The translations under genes were made by a program, and so were the position numbers. DNA of 64,000 nt from Fimbriosthenelais zetlandica. Lineage: Eukaryota. The stretch covers positions 20,088,001-20,152,000 of the forward strand of contig OZ365111.1 in the NCBI GenBank assembly GCA_977030845.1, read 5' to 3'. The notes beneath the pieces are model-generated. The model ran no database searches. It saw only the letters and a list, made by a program, of their open reading frames with translations, and had not been told where the DNA came from. The first letter of the stretch is position 1. Every line of letters starts with the position of its first letter. Positions 55,201 to 64,000 of the stretch are shown piece after piece.

Positions 55201-58200
55201 AAAGAGTTAAATATGAGGAATCTTTCAGAATCGTGCAAGCAAAGATCCTATGAATAGCAATTTTCCAGATTTCTTTTTAATCAAACATTTTGGAACAAAA
55301 TCCAGGGCAAAATGGCAATGACTCCACATTGAAATTGACCAATATTTCAATTAATTGCAGCATATTAAGCCTATTGTCTTATTAATACCTGATATATTGA
55401 GCTTTATGAACAAAATTGACCTGTGACAAACTCAGAAGAGACAATGGACATATCCCTGCAAGGACCTGTCATTCGAGAAGGCTGGCAGGCGAGAGGGAAG
55501 CCAACAACAGCTCCCTTTCTTTTTCTCTGACGGTGGGCGTGTCTCAACATCTTCCGCTAGGGGGAGGGCATTTATTGGTGAGGGCGCTCGGTGAAAAGGG
55601 CATTTAGTTAAGGGATGACACCCTCAGTCCGTGGGTCAGGGGGTGGACAATGGAGGGGTCCATGCGCCTGGCTTGGCAGTCAGTGGAGGCGGTAGAGATA
55701 AAGAAGGGAGTGATTAGGCGGTCGAGTGCCCATTGCCAGGCGGGTGGGGCTGGAGAGGGGAGAGAAGGGCGGTGGCTTGCGCATCCATGAAAACATATTG
55801 CTGGGATGCCAGGTGATTTCCGATGACTCGGTAGCTGCGTTTGCCATGTAGCCTAATATACAAACGGGTACATGGGTTATAAGCGATTGGTTTTGATTGA
55901 ACAAATATTTCCATTTCTTTGCAATGCGACTATACAGCTATCACGAAGCTAAATATTAGTTAAAATTAAAACAATGCTTTAAGTCGTTTAGAATCAAAAT
56001 ATTGTCTAACAGACATCATATCTTTCAAATCGTAAATAGCCATTAAATGGCAATGTATACGACTCATTCATTAACCTATAGAACAAGCATGAAAAAGTAG
56101 GAAAGGCCTATGTAGCCTCTACAAACTTCTATTTTACTTTGATGTCACAAAATTCAACTCTGCATCAATATCATATTATAAGGAGATGTATTGAGAAGGG
56201 CCGTTTATTAAACCACTTTTCGCCCAATAACAGTACCCCTCTCCACCTCATTCCACCTAATTAGCCGTACAGGGGCAGACACAGATCGCGCATCATCTGT
56301 AACCAAGGCACTGCTATGTGGGGGACGTGTTTCTCAGGCCCTTACCAGTAACTATGGCAATGAATACACCCTCACTGACCCCTGCCCCTCGAGAAAGCAT
56401 TACCATAGCTTTAAAGAAACAATTGACCATTGCCATACAGGTTGAGCACCCTCACCTATACAGACGCCCATCCTCATGCGCTCCCCTTCCTCCCCTCACG
56501 CCTATTATACCAATGCATTGAATGCCACTTCAGGTGGGCTTTGACTCTTAAGTGCGATCCTCATCATTTGAAACTTCAGCACAGGCAGTAGCAGTAGCAA
56601 GAGAGACCTGTCTACTTCAGGGCCATCGATAGCAAGGACCTCTCTACATAGATTGGCTTGAACATCATTGAACAGACAAGTGTTTACTGAATGGTTAAGC
56701 TAAGGACTTCCGCTGGATCCTTCTATATAATTCAGTGCTAAAGTGCTGAGGGAGGGACTCAAAAAACAAGGAGAGGTTATTACATTGGTGCCACCCACAT
56801 ATCGACCCAGGAGGTAGTCATAGAGGAGGAGACGGAGATAGACCCCAAGGGGGACCACACGGGATTTGACGCTGGGATACGATAGGTATGTACGCAATCC
56901 TTTCTCATATACTTGTAGACAATTCAAACAATCTATCTAGGCCTATATATAGCTTGGGAAGACATGCATTTCTTCACAACTATGCGCAAGAAATTGTCAT
57001 TAGTCTCACTAATTAGCAAGCAGTATATGGAATCGGGATTATTCTTCAGGCATGCAATATGCAATTCAATCTCGCCCCTTCATTTGTGATGCCATCTGAA
57101 TCAAAATTAATAAATCATCCTTATAGTAGACTATGGTGGAGACTTCTTTTCCATTTTTTGTTAGAAATCATTCGCAATTTTCTCTACTATTTTTGTTTGA
57201 AAAGGGAGTATAAATATTATATATACCTTTCATATCTGATAGAGGGGTGATATAGAAAAATATGCAAAAATATTAATATAAAACAAATGTACAAGTCCTA
57301 ACTTAATTATATTAAGGGTGAATGACTGGGGGATCCTTGGTGGGTCCCATCAACTCGTGGGGAGGTCCGAGTACTCCCACACAGAAAGAAGAAATGTGGA
57401 TTTCCTTATTGAGTTTCACCCTCTGCTGCTTCAAGAATTTCAAAGCAATTTTTGCCACGGTTGCTGGTACGAAAAGAATCCTCAGGAAGCGAACCACCCG
57501 CTGTTAAGCATTGCCATGGGAATGTTACAAGTTTATTCAGTTGTCGAAGATCGGCCACCGTGGCCAGAAGCAGGAGGCCATCCAATAGCTTGAGTTAGGC
57601 CACTAACTCGCTGAGGCGGTTACACATGTGAGGCCCCTGTTGTGAGGTTACCAAGCATGTGTGGTTATTTCACTTCAAATTATTTCACCAATGTTGGTGA
57701 CAGTACGAGATATAAAGTCAGTATGTTTGCTTGCAGCAGTTTTGAATCAAAGTGGCGATCGTTTCCATATACATTTTGCCCACACATTGGGAAACAGCTA
57801 GGCCATGCAGCGGTCTTGGATGTGGCCGACAAAGAGCTATATAGGCCCCCAGTGTGACTGTTTATTTTCACTCTTCTTGGCTGGGCATGTCTGGGATGCC
57901 AGTACTACAGTTGTAAACATTGATAACATGTTTACATACCCAACAATTAGCGCCATCACTTAAGCAATACAGTTGAGAATATCTGCTTCCAGAAAGTTAG
58001 AGAAAGAGGGAGGGAGAAAGGAGAGAGGGAGATAGCAATGAGATGGGGATGTTGGAAAATGTTCTCCCATCCAAGGAACGTATATATCCAGTGGCTTAGA
58101 CCTTGTGGTAAAATAGAACTTGATCTTGAAACAACATGCCAAACGGTGTTGGCGAAATGAAGCATAACGACAACATGTTTTCAATAAGAGCCCAACTGTC

Positions 58201-58634
58201 GGGGCCTATCCTGACTTTCGGAGACCAAACACTAATATGGCTTAACAGCTCGGTCTGGGGCTTGTTTCAAAACAAAGCTTGATCACAAACTGATCAATTA
58301 AAATAATCATATAATACATGTGTTAATTTCTATTTCTATATTATCTTTGTATACAGTGCCCTTCCCGTAAGGCGACCAACTTTGGAACAACATGACAAAA
58401 AGTGTTCTGTATTTAAAAGAGGTTGTCGGAAGGGAAATATGGGACCAGTAAAACTCGGTCGGTTTAAGGGAGGTGGTCGGTATATGTGGAGGGAGCACTG
58501 TTTGTTCATAAACTGTTGTTCTCAGTTTTAATATAAATGATATTATATATCATGACATAATCATTTATAGTCTTGTGCATTAACTTTTGATTTTTTTCTC
58601 AAAGTGTTTTATCATTTGCTGCAGATGAAGTATC

Positions 58635-61097
58635 ATGATGATGACCTGGGGAGAATCTGACGAGATGAATAAAAAGAGGCAGGAGGGAGGCGGAGGAGGA
58701 GGTACTGTACAAGCTGCGGATAAGGCTGAGGAAACTAGCAGGGATCATATAGAGGAAGGGGAGGAGGATCAGAGGCAGGTTAATCCAGCACCTGTGACTC
58801 CTGCCCTGGAGGTGCTAGAGGGGGATGGGGAGGAGGATGGAGAAGGTGCTGGAGGGGACACTGGAGATGATCTCCATGACTCAGAGGGTCAACACTTCCA
58901 AGCAGTTCCAGTGCCCCTCAACCCTAAGCGCTCGAGGCCAGACGTCAGCTCGCTCCTCCAGTTTGTCAGTGTAGCAGGCTGCGATATACGTGCAGCCCTT
59001 GATAAGTCAGCACCGTGTAAGCGATCGGTGGATCATCGCAAATATCTACAGAAGCAACTGTGTCGCTTTTCAAGCCAGCAACAGTTACATCAACAACAGC
59101 AATGCACCCCGTGCTCCCCAACCCACTACAATGAGTCCCCATACACCACCACAACCCCCAACTCCTCATCCACTGTCTGCCGCATCCCCCCTTCAGGTGA
59201 AGGTGTTTCAGCGGTGGTGGTGGCAGCACCTATGCTCAATGCAACCCAGGAGGAGGAAGGAGAGGAGGAGGTGGAGGAGCTGGAGGTGGGAGGAGTAGGA
59301 GGAGGATGGGAGGGGGAGTCCGAGAAGCTCATGGGAGAGTTATCCACAAGAGTAGCTCAGTATCCCTGCAGGGACTGTCCCGTCTACCCACACAAACACG
59401 ATCAGCAGCCGGGAGGGAATGAAGAAGAAAGAGCAGGAGGAGCAGAGACATTGTCACTAAGGCAGTTACAGCCTACTACCCCCTCCTCCTCACCAGTAAG
59501 AAAAGAACAATTGCTGCAGAGGCCAATAAACCCAAGTCACAAGGAAACCAACAACCGGCAGGTACCTAATCAGTGTGTGAAGCATTGGATAAGGGATAAC
59601 AACGGCCATCCAGGGAACATTGCCTTTTCTAAGGCTTTTGCTGCTGTTGTTGGCGAGGGATCACCCTCGGATTTAATCGCTAGTGAAACAGTATCAGCAT
59701 CAGAGGAAGAGGAAGATCAGGAGGAAATTAAAGTCACTTTGGACCAGGAAAGGGAGGAAAAAGGAGTAGAATCTGAGAGAGCCAGACTCAAATTTGCTCC
59801 CCAACTTTCTCCCGTGTCACTTAACAGCACGGACCGTTGTATGGCCTCGTCAGGGATCCCTCTTCCCATCTTCCCGCTACCTCTCGGCGCTCGACCACCA
59901 TCCACTTCCACCACCACCTCCTCATCTTCTCCTTCCTCGTCTCCAACTTCTTTCTCTTCGCCTCCGGTTTCCCCTGTTATTTCCACTGCTTCTCAACTGA
60001 CAATGGTCGTGGCTTCTTCTCCCGTGACAGAAACTAAAGCCAGTGATATGGAGACTTCGGAAAAAAGCAGCCCTCTGCCCACCACAGAGGAGAGTGATCG
60101 TGATCCACTGTTTGACATCCCTGGAGTTGTCAATCCTACACATGTGAAATCTTTAGATGGGTCCACCGGAGGCAACAGCCCCAAAAAGGCTTCCATCCCT
60201 CTCCGCCAGCGACAGTTGCCAGCTTCATTTTGGAAAGAACCTAAACCCGAACTAAAAAGGGGATTAAGTAGCTCCTTCGAGCTTCACCCCCACAAAGGAC
60301 TTGTTCATGCTCGAGGCTCTTTCTTGTTGCCATACAGTTTAGGGACGCAGGCTCCCAAGGGTTCAGCTAACTCCCTGCTTGAATACAAGGCTTTGGTGGA
60401 TTTATACGGTTCACATTATGCTGGTTTGGTATCTGGAGGTGCCTGTGATGTGCCACGTGCAAGCTTGACCCAATCGGATTACCTAATGTCACATTTCGGA
60501 TCTAAATTGCCTTCGGGCACCGATTCGGCTGAGGTGGGATCCTTGGCCACAGCAGCTTCAGCTGCTGCAGCCTTTGGCGCAGGTGGGCTCTACCCCTGGA
60601 CTTACGGATTGTTACACGGGGATGCGGAGAAGGTAGCTGGATCTCGATTACCTGGACACACCCCACATCACCCACCACCTCATCCCCCTCCCCCACCACC
60701 CCATCAAAGTCTCCACTCACACCAACCCTCACTTCAACAAGTGGCTGGACATTCAGGTATCAACCTGACCAATTCAGGACAGTCGCATATCAATGGACAC
60801 TCTCTTCTCTATCCACATAGACACTTGGGGCTTGGCCCAGCTTCCGGGCATTTGAGCAATACATCCATACATAGCCATCATGGATCAGGCGTTTCCGAAG
60901 CCACAAGCCTGTGTAGTAGTTGGGACCCCATGGCAACCTTGTCACAAGCTCAATCACTATTGAGACACCCTAGTGCTATGACAGCTTCCTCAAACTTATG
61001 GAGGCCTATACCTACAAAGACATTGACTTCTTTCCATTCGCGTTTTCACCCTTTTCCTGATGTGCATCGATCCATGATTGATCATGCATTACCTTGA
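58635..61097 (+). CDS. FAM181: FAM181-family protein (FAM181A-like), intronless, 820 aa, largely disordered
   Basis: N-terminal family motif LLQFVSVAGCDIRAALDKSAPCKRSVDHRKYLQKQLCRFS (58953-59072); PLRQRQLPASFWKEP (60198-60242); C-terminal WRPIPTK (60999-61019). All three match FAM181A motifs as I recall them. Splice acceptor at 58624 with an in-frame upstream TGA at 58626 defines the ORF start. Confidence 0.92.
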   Translation: MMMTWGESDEMNKKRQEGGGGGGTVQAADKAEETSRDHIEEGEEDQRQVNPAPVTPALEVLEGDGEEDGEGAGGDTGDDLHDSEGQHFQAVPVPLNPKRSRPDVSSLLQFVSVAGCDIRAALDKSAPCKRSVDHRKYLQKQLCRFSSQQQLHQQQQCTPCSPTHYNESPYTTTTPNSSSTVCRIPPSGEGVSAVVVAAPMLNATQEEEGEEEVEELEVGGVGGGWEGESEKLMGELSTRVAQYPCRDCPVYPHKHDQQPGGNEEERAGGAETLSLRQLQPTTPSSSPVRKEQLLQRPINPSHKETNNRQVPNQCVKHWIRDNNGHPGNIAFSKAFAAVVGEGSPSDLIASETVSASEEEEDQEEIKVTLDQEREEKGVESERARLKFAPQLSPVSLNSTDRCMASSGIPLPIFPLPLGARPPSTSTTTSSSSPSSSPTSFSSPPVSPVISTASQLTMVVASSPVTETKASDMETSEKSSPLPTTEESDRDPLFDIPGVVNPTHVKSLDGSTGGNSPKKASIPLRQRQLPASFWKEPKPELKRGLSSSFELHPHKGLVHARGSFLLPYSLGTQAPKGSANSLLEYKALVDLYGSHYAGLVSGGACDVPRASLTQSDYLMSHFGSKLPSGTDSAEVGSLATAASAAAAFGAGGLYPWTYGLLHGDAEKVAGSRLPGHTPHHPPPHPPPPPPHQSLHSHQPSLQQVAGHSGINLTNSGQSHINGHSLLYPHRHLGLGPASGHLSNTSIHSHHGSGVSEATSLCSSWDPMATLSQAQSLLRHPSAMTASSNLWRPIPTKTLTSFHSRFHPFPDVHRSMIDHALP

Positions 61098-61868
61098 ATG
61101 TTAAGCATTGTCTAAGGTTAGATTCATTTTGTCATTCTAGTGAGATGAAGAGACAATTTAATATTAAATATTGCAATATTGAATATTGCAACCTATACAA
61201 TATTATTACAATGTAAATAGCCAAAGAGAATATGTATCCATACACAATATTGTTCATATTAATAGGAAAATATCACCGAAGCTCTACATTGATATTTCAA
61301 AAATGATTAAATATGATATCGGTGACCTTTTGTGATTTCAGTAATACTATGGTAAAATCGTCGGTAAAAATCATGATTAACATCGTATTTTGTGGTTGTG
61401 TCCCTGGTTTCACTTTAATCACTTTCTGAATACGATCTGTTTGTCAACTATTAATCGGAAAAGCTAATATAAGATCTGCTGACCAGTTGTTATGAAATCT
61501 AAGGTATACCCAAAGTAAAGTATACCTGATAATCATTTCCAGTCATCCCAGAATCAAATTTATCTCCCGTTTAATAATCGTTTTATAAGCTACTGTGAGA
61601 CCATCCACTATGAAACAGGCCCAGTTATTTTCTTTCCATTACTGTGTAAAGCAATGATGAATGTACTATCGTTAAGCAATAACGCGATCTTATAAGTCAG
61701 AAAGCAATGAAAATATCGTTGATATTGATGTTCTTCGTTTAAATGTATGGCAAAACATAGGATACTATCTATCAGTGAACTCAGTGTCAGTGATTTCATA
61801 TAACAGTGATATTTGATCTCAATTTGTATAAAAATGATTATTGTTTAGTGATGTCTCCGTACTTTGTA

Positions 61869-61874
61869 AATAAA
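61869..61874 (+). terminator. Candidate polyadenylation signal of FAM181
   Basis: AATAAA ~770 nt after the stop, in an AU-rich 3'UTR-like region. Confidence 0.4.
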
Positions 61875-63254
61875 AATGAAAAAATATATATATTATGATG
61901 GCTTATTATTCAAGAAGTAAAGATCGAGTATCATATTTAGTTTATTAGGGGATAGGAGGTTCTCCATTCCAGTTTTTAATCCTTGCATTAAAAAAGCACC
62001 ACATGGGGGTTGTTTTATAAAAATTAAAGTGCAAACTGAGCTTTTGATAAATCAATGGCCATGGGGATAATATATTTTGTAAAAACAGCCCCCAGAAGCC
62101 ATTAAAATTTAATAAGCTTTCTAATATTGGAAGGGGCTGCTTTTACATGTCTTCGCAATTTTCATTCATGAAATTTGTTTGAAATATAAAACGTGGCTTT
62201 CACGAAACAGAAAAGAGAGAATCTTGTCAATCTGCACTTACTTTTGAGAATATTTCTTTAAGTTATCACAGATTTTACGTCTAATCTATGGTAGAATTAA
62301 TAATGGTCGGACCTCAGAAAATATTCATGACCGCGAAAATATTCAGCAGTTCACCCGAGTTGCTGATATTTTAGCATTCTTGGGTGGGTCGTAAAATGCA
62401 TCTTATTCAGGATCCAGAATGTTGTACCTTTACGGAACGTTTCAGTGGCATGGCGGCTAGTTTGCTCCTAGTATGCCGCAACGCAAGGAATCCATGGCGA
62501 ATGTTAACAACCCCTAAAATCCACCCCACCTCAGCCAACTCCCAAGACCTCCCCCATCATCACTGAACACACACCACCACCTAACACTCCCAGCCACGAA
62601 TTCCTTTCAAGTCTGAAAGCAAATGTAATGCCCATTACAAATATTTGACCTTTTCCATAATGCTTCCCTTTTTCTTTTTTCAAGGAACTTCTTTCTTGTT
62701 AGACTGTTTCATTGAAAAACTGAACATTGAGGTCATTTTAATTTTCATAACCGAATTTGAGATTCCATGACGTATCAATTACCGGAAACACTATAGGCTT
62801 GTGAAATTCGAGAGTTCAGACAGACTCCTTTAAGAACAATTGGAAATCATCTCACACAAGAGACAATAAAATTATAGGGTCTATCATTGGGATGTTTACA
62901 AGACGAGACGGTGCACTCAAACAAACATAAGTGACAAGAAAGTGACTGCAACCAGAAATCATGTCGCATGGAAATATATAAGACATTTTAAGACAATTTA
63001 GCCAGGAGCGTCCAGACCAAATAGCTCAGACCTAAAGGCGCTTTGTTATGAAAATTGTGTGAATTTATAGGAAAGTAGTCTATTCATTATTCACATGTAG
63101 GCTTGCCGTCAATTCTCACACTGTTCTACTATACTAGTTTATATAGATCTCAGACCAGCTGTCATGAGCGTCTATCAGACTGTAAATTCCGCTATCCAAG
63201 TCTACCAGTCTTCTGACAGGCTTTATCGCCAGTAGCGACCCCACTCGGTGAGAA

Positions 63255-63352
63255 ACACCATGACGTCCGTCACAACGTTACCCGGATGTACGTCATCGGG
63301 ACGTCACTCCAGTTACGTATGGCGTTTCATTTCTGAGCGCGGATAGACGTCT
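63255..63352. promoter_or_regulatory. CpG-rich, promoter-like cluster of bZIP (CRE/ATF-like) ACGT sites
   Basis: Six ACGT cores in ~90 bp: TGACGTCC, AACGTT, TACGTCA, GACGTCAC, TTACGTAT, GACGTC. Confidence 0.45.
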
Positions 63353-64000
63353 GTCCTATAGCAATCGTCATTACCCCCACCTCCCTTCCGTAAAAAGAAA
63401 ATTTAATTTGAGAAAAAGAAAATGAAACTTTTTACTGACGAGTTATATCACATGCAATCGTAATAATATCAAGGATAGTAGACCCTAGACCTAGTAGTCC
63501 TAAAGATAGATATAGACTAGCCTATAGGCCATATATCATGGTACAAGGGAAAATACCTTCCAGTTTTCCAACTTGTACAAACAAATATTTTGAAAGGATA
63601 ATTAGGAATTGGCTTCTTCAAGAGGTGACGTCTTTCATATATGTTCAAATGGTAATTTATTTAGCCTACATAATTATAATAATTCTATGTAGGCCTAGGC
63701 CTAATTGGTGCATCCCCTGACTTTCCCATGCAATTTTCCATCCAATATAGGCTATGATTAATAGAAAAGTGGGCTGTCAGTGGGGATTTTATATATAACA
63801 AATATTGCAAATAAAACGGTCGTGTCAAGTTCGTTCATATGGAAATGAAGCACCGAATGAGAAAATATTTACTTCCAATGCATTTGCCTAATATATTACG
63901 TGGCAATAATCACTGGATAAAAACCCTTAAGACAGTGACTGTTCCCATGACGAGTATACCGACGCATAAACAGGAACATGTGCGGGGGAATAACAGCTAT

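Overview
AT-rich metazoan genomic DNA with GT-AG introns and a largely vertebrate-like exon layout; an invertebrate deuterostome such as an echinoderm is my guess (inference only). All exon models were built by hand. Four genes are well supported. (1) The 3' ~85% of a glycogen phosphorylase (+, 1387-13671; first ~115 codons lie upstream of the window). It carries two tandem, intact, paralogous 112-nt copies of the exon equivalent to human PYG exon 6, a classic mutually exclusive exon signature and the most striking item here. (2) A convergent type II membrane M28B peptidase of the glutamate carboxypeptidase II/NAALADase family (-, 17529-24530, start exon not found). Its zinc ligands are intact but the glutamate-recognition residues are replaced. 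(3) A divergent calmodulin-like gene (+, 40647-41855) with canonical N-lobe and degenerate C-lobe EF loops. (4) An intronless 820-aa FAM181-family ORF (+, 58635-61097) with a YAP-like TEAD-binding omega-loop. Also present: a 1-kb TA-flanked Tc1/mariner-type foldback MITE, a LINE 3' remnant, a consensus CTCF site between the convergent genes, an intronic TAGTAAATA cluster and a strongly enriched TAGGCCTA palindrome. Between ~27 and 58 kb lie many unassigned, partly decayed exon-like islands, some weakly TIR-like. No tRNA, rRNA or CRISPR features were recognised.
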